DNA of 64,000 bases from Octopus bimaculoides (Eukaryota), in contig NC_068981.1 of the NCBI RefSeq assembly GCF_001194135.2, forward strand, positions 91,229,202 through 91,293,201, written 5' to 3'. The notes under the pieces are model-generated. The model made no database searches and was not told the origin of the DNA. It worked only from the letters and a program-made list of their open reading frames with translations. The translations under genes and the position numbers were made by a program. Positions 23,507 through 35,470 of the stretch are shown here, piece by piece (the first letter of the stretch is position 1; every line of letters begins with the position of its first letter).

Positions 23507-24634
23507 GTAACATCTTAGAGGTTTCTAAATTTTCGATTAACTCGGATTTTGAAAGGCGTTTACTGGTTCGTGTCTATATTTATCTAGCACAAGCTAATTA
23601 GAAAGCGGTTTTACGGTTGAGCAAATATCTTATATAATCTGATTTTGCAGTTGGGAAATTTATTCTTTTATGTGTTCAATATCTCGAGGCAGCAATACTG
23701 ACTATTTCTGTACTACCTTAAAAAGCTTTGCTGGCCTCAAATGTACAAATTTCCTTAGACTTTCATTCCAAGTCAAGATTCTATCAATGAGTTGTGACTT
23801 CCTATCATGAATAATTATTTCAATGTATATGTCATAATACCTCGAGAATGAGTTACTAGTATTTACAAATCGATGCTACAGTATAATGTAAATCTAATAT
23901 CATATTTGTTATTTATGTTATTAAACCATCATACGGAAGCGTCGATGTGGTTTAGTTGTAGTATATATCTTTTTCTCTTGTCCTTGTGAACTTTACCTAA
24001 TCATAATTAAAAAAAACCACTTGCAGCAAACGCCATCTTATTGTTTCCATCATTAAATCCATCATTTAATTTCCCTCCTCTCTAAATTCATCGTCCTTTG
24101 GTGACTTCAACAATTAATACTATTTTGTATTCTCATGTCTATCACAGACAATAGAGTAACCTTGACTTTCAAAGATATTGTCCCGCAACAATCATTATTT
24201 CCTTACTTAAACCTTCGCTGATCTATAGACAGACCTTCCGAAGAAACTTAATCACTTTCTCACCTCGATATTCAGATCCTGCCTGAGTATTCCCATATCT
24301 GAATTTAACAGGTCTGTTTACAGCAGCCTTATCATCATCAACCCTAGACATGCACATAATACACCATAGTACAAGTTTTCCTGCTATTTCCCTCTTCAAC
24401 GTATATCAAGTCAGATGAATGGTCGGAGATCCGTCAGTTTTATACTAGATACCCCTGGCTGCACATGGGTTTCAACATTGTCTCACCAGAATAAAAAAGG
24501 CTAGGCATGGGATGGGAACTATCCTTGTGAGTGTGTTGATGAATTTATTCTTTTATATGTTCTCAGCCGAAGTACGTCAAAAACTCAGTCCTAAATCTGT
24601 AACTGATTCTTTCATAACTACGCACAGAATCTTT

Positions 24635-24838
24635 GGCATCTTTAGCATGCCGGACAAATTGTTCCGACACATTTTGTTCGTTTAAAACGTTCTGAGTTCA
24701 AATTCCGCCGAAGTTAACTTTGTCTTTCGAGTTAGATAAAATAAGTACCAGTTAAACATTGGGGGCGGGGCGGAATGTAAATCAACTTACCTTTATCCCG
24801 AATTTCCTGGCCCTGTGGCAAAATTTGGAACCAAATTA
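24635..24838 (+). mobile_element. SINE family B
   Basis: acgttctgagttcaaattccgccga (B-box), aataagtaccagtt, ggccctgtggcaaaatttggaacc. Confidence 0.8.
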
Positions 24839-25559
24839 AATATTACATTGAAACGAAATAAGTATAATTGAATAGCTTCAAAATAGATTTACCATCTTTT
24901 GTCTTGATTTTCAAATTTAGTTTTGAAAAAGTATTCATGAAAAAGATATATGTCTTGCAGTTCAGTGAGTTCCTCAAATGTTTGGATACAAATACAACAA
25001 AATATAAATACAATTACAAGAAATATAAAAATTCTTCTGCTAATAAAAATAATAAAATCACACATTTCAATGACGAAAATAAATTTGGATTAACTAAATT
25101 AGTTTATCGGAAATGATGCTTTCTAATTTTAGAAGAAATCGCAGAGAACTTCACAAGTGCCTTTATGAATTATTCCCGATAACGTTCTAAGAGATTAAAT
25201 AGTTGAAATGCTTTGATACTAAAAAACCCCAGACATTTGTAGATCAAATATGAAGAAGCCATGAAGAAGAATAACATCTAAAATACAATTATTGTGATAC
25301 AATTTATATCATAATCTCAGATAAATTCGATTAGGAATGTGTAAGTAAACCAATAATAATAATAATAATGATAATAATAATGACGTTGCTTTCAATAATT
25401 TATATGATGACGAGAAGAGAGCCTAGCACCAGCCTTGTCAGCGGTGAGCTACTGAAGAAACAGAAATACAATTTCAAACGCAGCTGTCGAACCGAAATCT
25501 TGTTTCAAAATAGTTTCAGCAACTTGAAAATCAACGATTTTCTGCGAGAATTAATATTT

Positions 25560-25990
25560 TTCTTATTATTCGAATACGCAGACAATTCTTAAAACTACTC
25601 TGGTTATTTATGTTAAACATCGTTCTAAATATATTCAAAATCTGTAACTCTGTGATAATATAATTTCTCCCAGTTTTTCGAAGACGCAAACGTTTCTCTT
25701 TTATATCCAAGAAAATTTGAAAGAGCTCCAAATCTCAAAGATCAGAACACTCTCCAGAACTGATAACAAATGCAGAAGATAAGCAGTTGACATATTTACG
25801 AACTATACAACTACGAAAACTATATAACACAGTCGATGCTTTAACAAAGGAAGAAAATGAACAGTCGAAACATTTACAAGCTACACAACGACGAATAGTG
25901 TAAGGTATCACAGATACTTTAACAAATATAGAAAACGAAAAGTTAATATATTTATAAGCTAAAGAATTACGAAAGCTATGAAGCGCAGCA
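25560..25990 (+). mobile_element. Possible decayed N-terminal ORF region of a Penelope-like element, with about 78-bp internal periodicity
   Basis: LCDNIISPSFSK...ELQISKIRTL and three related about 26-codon segments (TNAEDKQLTYL, TKEENEQSKHL, TNIENEKLIYL); weak similarity only. Confidence 0.3.
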
Positions 25991-26590
25991 GTTCCCTTAG
26001 CAAACAACACTGCTAAACCCCTCCGCTATGAGAATTCATATCGGTGTAAAAGCTCATTAAATATGAAAAACCACGCTGTATATATTTATTTTTCTATCGG
26101 TAATTTAAACAGGATAGAATGATCGCTTTTTCTCAAAAGCTCCGGTCACTCCTGTTCGTGAAAGTTATTGTTGTTCCTGCTGTTGCCGATAGTGCTGAGC
26201 AGTGTCACTAATACTAGCTCTCTTTTGTTCCGTTTTCCTATAAACTACCAATGAATCTCTTTATAGATTCTTGAAGTTTCACTGTATGTCTATCAGTCTG
26301 GTTTTCGTTCTTTCTTCTTCGCTCATTATTTATGACTACTTGAAACACAATGTATAGGAATTGTACCTTCTTAGTATTTAATATCGGCATAGAATATCTT
26401 GCTAATACTATACAACTACGAAAACTATATAACACAGTTTAATTACCGATAGAAAAATAAACATTATAAAGCGTGTTTTTTCATATTTAATGAGGTTTTA
26501 CAACGATATGAATTCTCATAGCGGAGGGGTTTAGCAGTGTTGTTTGCTAAGGGAACTGCCGCGCTTCATAGGTTTCGTAATTGTTTAGCT
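25957..26590. repeat. About 154-bp inverted repeat with a 326-bp spacer
   Basis: 25957-26110 is the reverse complement of 26437-26590 at roughly 90 percent identity. Confidence 0.9.
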
Positions 26591-26594
26591 TAAA

Positions 26595-27206
26595 ACTATA
26601 AACTATAAATAGGCTCACGGATCTTTGTGGTTTTCGTCACTGTTTACAATTTTATTCCAATTGTTTTCAAATTTGGTATATGAATTAAGTTTTGTATACT
26701 AATTATGAAAATGAAATTCATTTTCCTTATAAATCCATAATTAAAAAGTTATCAGCCTTTAAAATTTGCAGAATGCAGGTATTTTAACCACCAATCAGAA
26801 GCGAATATTTTACATATCACCGTGGCGAAAAACTCTGTCTCCATAGTAACCAAAGATGCTGCGCATGTGCACAAGGAGGAGGAAATACGAGAAAGATTAT
26901 CTTCTACTATATTAATTCTCTTGTGTTTTTCTTCGTCACAACATATTAATGAGAAAGGAAGGGGTGAAAGATGAATAAGGCTGGAAGGAGTGGCAAACTG
27001 GTGGAATGGTGAGCATTCGACGCTGAAACGAAACATTAAACAGCGTTTCAACTCTGTGTGAGTATATGTGTGTATGTGTGCGTGCACAAAGGAAGTATGT
27101 GAACGTATGTGAACATTGACAAGTGTATTGATTTGATTTACCATGCATATTATTTATATAAAATACTGCAATTAGCCGTCATTTTTGATGGCACGGGGTC
27201 AGCTAG
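26595..27206 (+). mobile_element. Probable non-autonomous Helitron
   Basis: 3' hairpin GCCGTCA-TTTT-TGATGGC (27175-27192) followed by CTAG/T (27203-27207), the canonical Helitron 3' end. The 5' end is uncertain. Confidence 0.5.
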
Positions 27207-28479
27207 TTTATTTTATAAAATCCTAGGGTGCATTGCAAACTTTTGTTCTTGAATTTTTTAAACTAATAAATGTCTGTTTTAAACAATGTTTTGACTGTTA
27301 TTTCTAGCAACTCCTGTTGGTTTATTTGTTCGTAGTTTTTAAATATTTAATTTGCTCACAAATGATTTAATGTTAATTTCTTTCGTCTTTGTTTTAATAT
27401 TCTGACTGTTATTTTTGGCATTGTTTTGACATGCCGATGTCCCTTCCCAGTGATGATGGAAGAGGCAGCGAACGCGCTGATTTCTGATTGGCTGAAAATG
27501 ATCAAATTTGAACACCTGTAACATTTTTGCTATTTTTTTTCTGGAATAAATGAATAACAAATTCCGATTCAGCGTCAAAAATTACATCTATATGATACAT
27601 TAGAAATTTTTTTTTATAGATAATTGTGCACAGAAAATCACAAACTTCCAAGATCATTATAAAACCCCACCATTGGAGAAAGTACAATACATAAGTATAT
27701 CGTAAATAACTAATTAGGAAAATGAATATCGGACCAACCGATAGTCGGAGAGAAAAAAAAAAAAGGATTGAATCTCCTAGAGTGAAACCGATCTACGGTT
27801 GAAAAGTCTGATGATGGCTTGATCGATTTCCAAAATGCATGCATGAAAGGTCCCATGAAAAGGTTAACTCAAAATAACACCGTGTAACATGATTTCTGTC
27901 TTTGGGTAGCAATTGTTATTTCCTATTTGCTTACCCTTTGGAAGTATGAACAATGGCTAATATTTCCTTCAGACTTTGCTTTTGTTACATTTATTTAACA
28001 CTTCGCCGAAATCTCTCTCAAAACATAACTATGATGTTACGCCACTGCTCCTGCTCATGATCAAAGATGCACATATTGTCAGCCATTAAGGGACATGCTC
28101 AAGTAGCTAGGGTGAAGCAACTAACAAGCAAATTTGTAGTATTGAGCAGAATATTTGCTATAACAATATTTCTGCTTCAGCAACTCAGTGCTGAATCTGT
28201 CTTAAAAGTAATAGAAAATAGGCCAGTTTCAAAACCTTGACGTCCCTAGTCTGAAAGGAATACAGGTTGTTTACTTTGCTTTCTAGATAGAAGCAAGTGT
28301 GAAATGACACTTAGTGTCCAAAGAGAAAACAAGAATTAAACTTTTATTACACAGCGTAATGGCGTTCATGCACACTAATTTCATCTGGTATAGCTAAAGT
28401 AGAATAAGACATAATTGGTATACTCATTTCCGATATTGAAATATTCAAGAATATCAACAAAAAAAAATATATATATATA

Positions 28480-28553
<74 letters not shown>
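28480..28553. repeat. (AAT)n microsatellite
   Basis: Read directly; abuts the R4-like LINE fragment. Confidence 0.95.
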
Positions 28554-28555
<2 letters not shown>

Positions 28556-28559
28556 TGTG

Positions 28560-29810
28560 TTAAGATATCAAAAGCTATGAATCTGAAAGGATAATAGGAC
28601 GTATAAAGAATAAACGAAATCGATGAAGTACTTTCGAAAGTCATGCGAATTATCCAAGCCATAGAAGCACTGATAAGAAGACTCGAAAATGTTTCAACTC
28701 TTTTAAGGATAATGACGTGTTCCGGAACAAACTTATAAGTTATAATAGGGAAATTGTACAAGTTAATATAGTTATCTACACCACACCCAATGAGTGGAGA
28801 GTAAAAGATTTTGGATATCAAACTGGTTGCATTCTAAAGAACACGATCGTGGTACTGGATTCATAAAGTCAGAGACTAAATATATTAAAGTGTAAATACA
28901 GAATGATATCTCAGTTGAAAATCTCAGGACTGCCCTGAAAAAATCCAGCAAGCTGAAGTCACTTGACAAGGAAAAAATACCTAACTTTTGGCTGAATGGT
29001 TTCCCTGATTCTCGTGGAAGACTGAACCACCTCTACAATAACATTATACATGGCTCCAGGAAAATCCTCCCTGGATAGTAAATGGGGTATCTTACGTACT
29101 CCCCCAACATGACAAAACTAATAACACCTAAAACTACTGACTACTTACATGTCTTACAACTATTTATAAAATACTAACATTTATCATTCAATAAGAATAT
29201 ACATATACTTTCCTAATGAATATCAAGATATTCCCCACTGAACAAAAAGGGTGTAAGCGTAACTCATATGGTTATAAATACCAGCTTTTAATCAATAAAA
29301 CGGTCCTTGAGAATTGCTGTAAACGACACAAAAAGTGTTCTATTGGACGCATTAATTACTTTAAAAAAAAAGTGTTTGACAGTCTTCATGGTAGCTGTAT
29401 TGAGAAATATTCCGAAATATATAGAATCTCTCCAGTTATTGGGAAATTTCTGTCGAATTGTATAAAACAATGGAATACAGCTGTTATATTGAAATCAGAG
29501 ACCGGTACTATGAACGCTGGTAACAAAGACATTTAACTGCAACATTTTCAAGGTGACTCTTTATCGGCCCTATTCTTTTCGCGGCGCTCATTCCCTTAGA
29601 TAAGCTGTTGAATGACACAAAACATGGGTATAGACTATACGATCAACAAACCAATCATTTCTTTTACATTTATGAACTAAAGCTTAAGCAAGATAATCAA
29701 TAACTGGAATGGCTTTTAACTATAGTAAAACCGTCCAGTCACGATTCAGGAATGGAGTATGGCCTTGATGAATTGCTAAAGCCATATTCTTCAACGTAAA
29801 ACTCCCGAAA
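28560..29810 (+). mobile_element. R4/Dong-clade non-LTR retrotransposon RT remnant
   Basis: KSLDKEKIPNFWL, CLTTIYKILT, EQKGCKRNSYGYKYQLLINK, KKVFDSLH, FQGDSLSAL, NHFFYIYELKL, MEYGLD (compare FQGDSLSP, YMDDLKL, FGLDKC); many stops and frameshifts. Confidence 0.85.
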
Positions 29811-29943
29811 ACGAGCAATAGGCAAGCCTATTGTCATAAGGAATAAGATCCCGAAAAAATTATAAATAATTATGTCTGCATAAAGTGGGAGATAGACAAT
29901 TTCCACATGTGCGAAAAACTACGGAAACGACGTTATCATATAG

Positions 29944-30331
29944 GTTGTTGTTGGCACTCCGTCGCTTACGACGACGAAGGTTCCAGTTGATCCGATTAAC
30001 GGAACAGCCTGCTCGTGAAATTAACGTGCAAGTGGCTGAGCACTCCACAGACACGTGTACCCTTAACGTAGTTCTCGGGGATATTCAGCGTGACACAGTG
30101 TGACAAGGCTGACCCTTTCAATTACAGGCACAACAGAAACAGGAAGTAAGAGTGAGAGAAAGTTGTGGTGGAAGAGTACAGCCGGGATCGCCACCAATCT
30201 CTGCCGGAGCCTCGTGGAGCTTTAGGTGTTTTTCGCTCAATAAATACTCACAACGCCCGGTCTAGGAATCGAAACCGCGATCCTATGACAACGAGTCCGC
30301 TGCCCTAACCATTGGGCCATTGCGCCTCCAC
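29944..30331 (-). mobile_element. Full-length tRNA-derived SINE, family C
   Basis: Minus-strand head GGCGCAATGGCCCAATGGTTAGGGCAGCGGACT...GGTTTCGATTCC (A and B boxes), unique body, (CAA)n tail. Confidence 0.9.
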
Positions 30332-31399
30332 ATCATAGAGGTAGAGCCATCTTAAAAGAGCGAACTTAGTGCGAGCAACAGGATTGACGCAACCAATCCT
30401 TTAACTATACTTGTTATGGCCTACAGCTTTATGAAGCAATGATACCATTCTCAATTTCGGGTTTAGGTGTTTTAAACGTATTTAGAGTAGGGCGTCGTTC
30501 AAATGCCTCCTTTACTCTTTGTAATTTGAATAAATCATATGTGGTTTTCTCAGTGTTCTTTGAAAAGTGCTCCTCATGACCTGACGGTTTCATAGCTTCA
30601 TTTCACAATATATTTTCACAAATAAGACACATCGGTCGCCGATGGTCGGAAAGTGAAGCAATAAATCCATATTGCAAGTTGTCTGCATGATATTGCCGAA
30701 ATTTGTTGGATTAACAGTAATAACCTAACCATTCCTGTCATAATCCCGCTTGCTCATAATGGTAAAATTAACTGAAAAAGAAAATCTTAATAAGCAATGT
30801 TGAAACAAAATACCGGTATGTCTTATAAAATTTTAAAAGTTTGGTTCTTCGTCATGCATTGTAGTGCATAATATGTCAGGTTTATAAATGTGACAGTCTC
30901 CTACAACTCGATAACCCTACATCAATGTCTGGATAAGGGTGTTTCATTAAAAAAATATAAAAATGTAACCCTCAAACTCCTTTTTGTATGCCACCAAGTA
31001 CGCTGGCGTTGCCTTTCACAAAAAGCAAAACGCTTCGATATTTTTCGGTTAGCTCCCCTACTTTATAAATAAAACTAATGATCACAATGTTCATGAGGTA
31101 TTATAGGCTTATGTTAAAAAATGAAAATAGCTGGCTCGAACTGGAAAAGTGGATGTTAGGCATCCTACTTATGATAAACGTATTGGAAGTAATATATTGG
31201 AAGTAATACCGTACTGTCTATGTCATTAACGTCGCCACAAACGTCGCTGACTAAAACCAAATTTGAGCATATAAATTTTAGAATATTCATTTTGGTTTTC
31301 TAGAGTTTAGAGCCGTGGAATTTATGCTATCACATAACTTGTAAATTTATGTTATGAATCAAATTTTGAGGAAACGAGACTCATCCGGTTCGTTGCACA

Positions 31400-31670
31400 A
31401 AGCAATAAGGCAGGAAGTTCAAATAGTAAGACTGAGAAATCTCGTTTTCGGCACGGAGTGCGCATGCGCCACTCGCAGGCTTACGGGTTTACATGTATTC
31501 CGGCCGCAAAAATTATGTTTTCATCTTACTCAGCACATGTGACTTCGTTTCATGATGTAAGCAAACATGTTCTCTAAATGGCTGCCGTTCACCATACTCT
31601 AATTGTTTGATCAAGGTTTATTTCGATACAGCATGCTGTATACACCGATCAATTTGATTGGCTCGTCTTG
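31400..31670. promoter_or_regulatory. CpG-richer cluster of housekeeping-promoter-like motifs
   Basis: ETS CAGGAAGT 31411, NRF1-like TGCGCATGCGC 31459, E-box CACATGTG 31534, YY1-like AAATGGCTGCC 31576, reverse CCAAT 31656. Motif matches only. Confidence 0.25.
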
Positions 31671-31819
31671 CACAGTTGGGAAATTTACAAGATACTGAAA
31701 ATAGAGGCTGAGTTTCATCGCCCCACTAAAGGCTCTCAACGACCCCCGGTAAGATGATTTTGTTCACCGTCATCTTCATATCTTGTACCGCCCCATTGGA
31801 GGGGCGGTCCGGATCCCGT

Positions 31820-32120
31820 TGGGAAACAGTGGTCTATACATTCCAAGAAAGGATGGAGGACGTCGTCTGACGCAGCAACTAAAAAGATCAACCATAGGGT
31901 TAGACGCCTGTCTAAAGAACACCAACGATTGGATGCTTGAACTTGTTTGCAATTATAAAAGTACAAAAAACATGTACTCAGCATCAGAAGAGGAGAGGTA
32001 TATAGAGAATTTGAGGATCAAGGAAATTAAGTCGCAACTAGATGAAATAGAAGAACCCACTCAGATAGAAAAACGTAAAAGTACCGTGTAAATCAAATGG
32101 AATCTTAGTGCTGCAAAATA
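31820..32120 (+). mobile_element. R4/Dong-clade post-RT fragment
   Basis: LYIPRKDGGRRL...TIGLDACLKNTNDWMLELV matches the RLY..R..GGRGL motif downstream of RT. Confidence 0.7.
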
Positions 32121-33189
32121 CATAGAAAATTAAGATAAGGCCAGCGAGTTTGATGTACAAACAAATAAAATTTTTCCCCTTCACAGGGGCAATGATATTC
32201 ACCTGTATTGAAAGATTTGGTTTCAAATCCCTTTGCTTTTGCAGGCACACGTAGAAGTGAAATAAACTGGAGTAATATCGTCCTCATACACTTAGATTTT
32301 CGGAATGTGTTGGTATTGAAATACACTTGTTGCCTCACGTTATCGATTTATAACTTGGAGACACACACCTTTTTCAGATTAGCTCCTGTTACTTACAAAA
32401 CTTTTCGTAACTATCAACCAGTTTCGTTGTACAGAACGAAACAGATAAGCCGGCACAATGCAGACAAAAATGCTCAATGTATTATGCGGTTAATTCTGCC
32501 GAGAGAGGACAACGATTTAACAATGGAATTCGCATAGAAAGCAAGAAAAAACATATGTATATTAGATATAAATATATACATATATCTATAGTTTATTCAC
32601 ACATAAAAAAAATACAGCAATACGCTGCATGAAATGTACTGATAAGCAAACAAGTGAAACCAGAGGTAGTAATATTTGGCATGTTCCACTCACAAATATA
32701 AGCTGTTTTTGTTTTTTCACACTGAATGTAAGAGAGATACATTATGAATGAAAAGAAACAAAAAAACGTTTCTCACCGCCTAGTTCTGCTCAGTCTATTT
32801 ACAGACCAAAGCTAAACGTATGTTTCTAAATATATGCGTACGTCAATTCACGGATCTGTATTTTCGTTATACATACATTTATACATATACAATATGTGTG
32901 TATATGTGTATGTTTGTGTGTGTGTATGTATGTGAGTGAGTGTGTGAGTGTGTGTGTGCGTGTGTGTTTGTGTGCATGTATGGCATTATTCAGTTTTACT
33001 TCAAGATTTCTTGCCAAAAGAGAAAGGGTCGGTTTCTAACCTAGATAAAAATCTCCTGCATTGGAATTTAAACAACATCAAGGTATTTTTGTATATATGT
33101 ATGTATATGTACAGAATTGTATGTTTTCTTTTATGTATGACTTGTGATGCATATAATTGCATATCTAGACAGGCTCGTATATAATTAAA

Positions 33190-33720
33190 TCATAAACTTC
33201 TGGAAAATTTTACAAATTTTTAACAGTACCAGTGATAACTTGGATTTGTAGTCTTCGAATCAACTTTCTCCTGTCTGGTTTTGAGATTTCTGATTTCTCT
33301 ATCCAGGTTACAAGTTCAGGTTGTAACCTGGATAGAGTAACTGCAGATTTCTCAATAGTTCAGTATAGGTATTTTCTGTTTCACTGATCTTCGGTTTTAT
33401 GTTTACATCCGATGGGCAAAACTGTACACATCGTCTCTTCTCTATCCTAAATCATTATATCAGGTCTATTGTGTGTACATTTTATTGAGGTTTTCCTTGG
33501 GACATTCCACCAGTATTTCTTTTTATTACGAAGGGTTATGGCTTCTACCATACTGTGGGCACTTATTCCCTTGTCCTCGGTGTTAACCATCCGTCGAGGA
33601 TCAATATTACTATATCGGATCCATGCATGGCCGTTTGTACATATGCTTTCCTCCTTTCATCTAATGATATGTTGCAGTAGAGTCGTGCGACTTCTTTGGG
33701 CATGTATTTAAAGTTATCCG
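33190..33720 (-). mobile_element. R4/Dong-clade restriction-like endonuclease (RLE) C-terminus remnant
   Basis: KYWWNVPRKTSIKCTHNRPDIMI*DREE...DVNIKPKISETENTYTELLRNLQLLYPGY...KLIRRLQIQVITGTVK (PD motif region and C-terminus). Confidence 0.75.
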
Positions 33721-33908
33721 ACAAGGAATGCTGCTGAAGGAGCTTCCCTCCAAGTTTTATGATATGTAAAAGGAATGCACTTCTACACTTAATGGTTAAA
33801 ATATGTTACCGAAGAGATATGATACGACATTCAAAGGCAGTCTGAATTGATGTTAAGCCTCTGGCGCCTTATTTTCGTTTTAGGTAGAAGCGGTCTATGA
33901 AACTCTTG

Positions 33909-33939
<31 letters not shown>

Positions 33940-34008
33940 TGTATGTACGTATGTATGTATGTATGTATCTCTCTCTCTCTCNNNNNNNNNNGTATGTATG
34001 TGTGTATG

Positions 34009-34065
<57 letters not shown>

Positions 34066-34639
34066 GCATGTATGTACGAAAGAATGAACAAAGAACAGAG
34101 AGTCGTACACTTCAAATTTGGTTGGAGATGCATGTATTTAATATCAGGTTGACTCAGCTCCACATTACTTAATGCTCGAGGGCGTGTAGTACACATCAAT
34201 CTCGTCAGTTGTTCGCAGAGAGAACAGGGATTTTGAAAGAAATTCTAAATGCCTTTCACGGGTTTAGGCTGGTTACGACAGCTGCGGTCACGTGATTGTA
34301 ATGTTATCAAAGTGCCGTCAGATATTTTCCTTACTTTATGTTTCCATGTAGCTAAGAGGACGTTAGCAACGATGCTGGCGCTACTTTGATGGCAGGCTGC
34401 ATTATAGAATGTATTCAAGGGCACCAGTGTTTTATAATAAGGAGCACACATTACACTGGGTATCAACATGCTGTCATTACGCAGCTTCCAGTGACGTAAT
34501 GCTAAGAATAAAGGAAATAACTGATGTCCCTTTGAAAGCATTAAAACTACACGACAGCAGTAGAGAAACCGAGGCCTAAACAACCAGATGCATCACTAAA
34601 TTATCTAATTTCAACAACACCTGATTTATATTCTCTCAT

Positions 34640-35150
34640 CGGATACCACTTAACTTTTTCTATACAACTAACACCGAACTAATTCAAGCCACCAATGCAA
34701 CACTATATACTGAAAAAATGAATTAGTATAAACAATACTTAGAATACCAAATTTAGCCAAGCATAGTGAGTCAGTGACCTGCACACAATACTCACATTGG
34801 TACGAGGATAATCTAATTTGTAACTTCCTATATATCCCCAAAACATTCCCTCCGATCACATTCTCTGCTCAGACTTCAACTCGTTCCTGGACTGTAAATT
34901 GCTCCTCAAACCAGAACCACTCATACAGACATCAAAACAAAATGATATACTGACCACCGTCCATTATAAGTATCATTATCATGCCTAGTTCCGGCCCCTT
35001 CAGTTTCAACCAATTTCAATCTCCCCTCAATGGAAACAAATGATACGCGAGATCTGTTGCATATCCTCTTCATGAACAGACGGAGAAAGCCATATTCCAG
35101 GCGAACATATGAAGTTATCATCGATGGAATAATAACAATATTTATATACT
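34640..35150 (+). mobile_element. Possible L1/Tx1 apurinic endonuclease remnant
   Basis: HILCSDFNSFLD resembles the I.CGDFN..LD motif; the rest is too decayed to align. Confidence 0.3.
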
Positions 35151-35152
35151 TC

Positions 35153-35345
35153 AAGACGGCGAGCTGGCACGCCGGACAAAATGCTTAGTGGCATTTCGTC
35201 CATCTTTAGATTCTGAGCTCAAATTCTGCCCGTCGTGGACGACATTGCCTTTCAACATCTTGGGGTCGATAAAATCAGTAGCAGTTGAGCACTGGGGTCA
35301 ATACTCACTCTCCTGAATTTGTTGACTTTGTGCTAAAATTTGTAC
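35153..35345 (+). mobile_element. SINE family B
   Basis: aagacggcgagctggcacgccggacaaaatgcttagtggcatttcgtcc...ttctgagctcaaattc...gagcactggggtc. Confidence 0.85.
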
Positions 35346-35437
35346 TGCAATTATTTTATAAAGATTCTCTGTATATAAAAATTCTTTCTAGCTCTTTGTG
35401 TGTCTGTCTGTCTCTCACTCTCCNNNNNNNNNNGCGT

Positions 35438-35470
<33 letters not shown>

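Noticed and set aside
30255-30331. tRNA-like sequence with A and B boxes, also at the heads of SINE families A and B
   Set aside because: It continues into SINE body and tail without a proper acceptor stem; not a tRNA gene.
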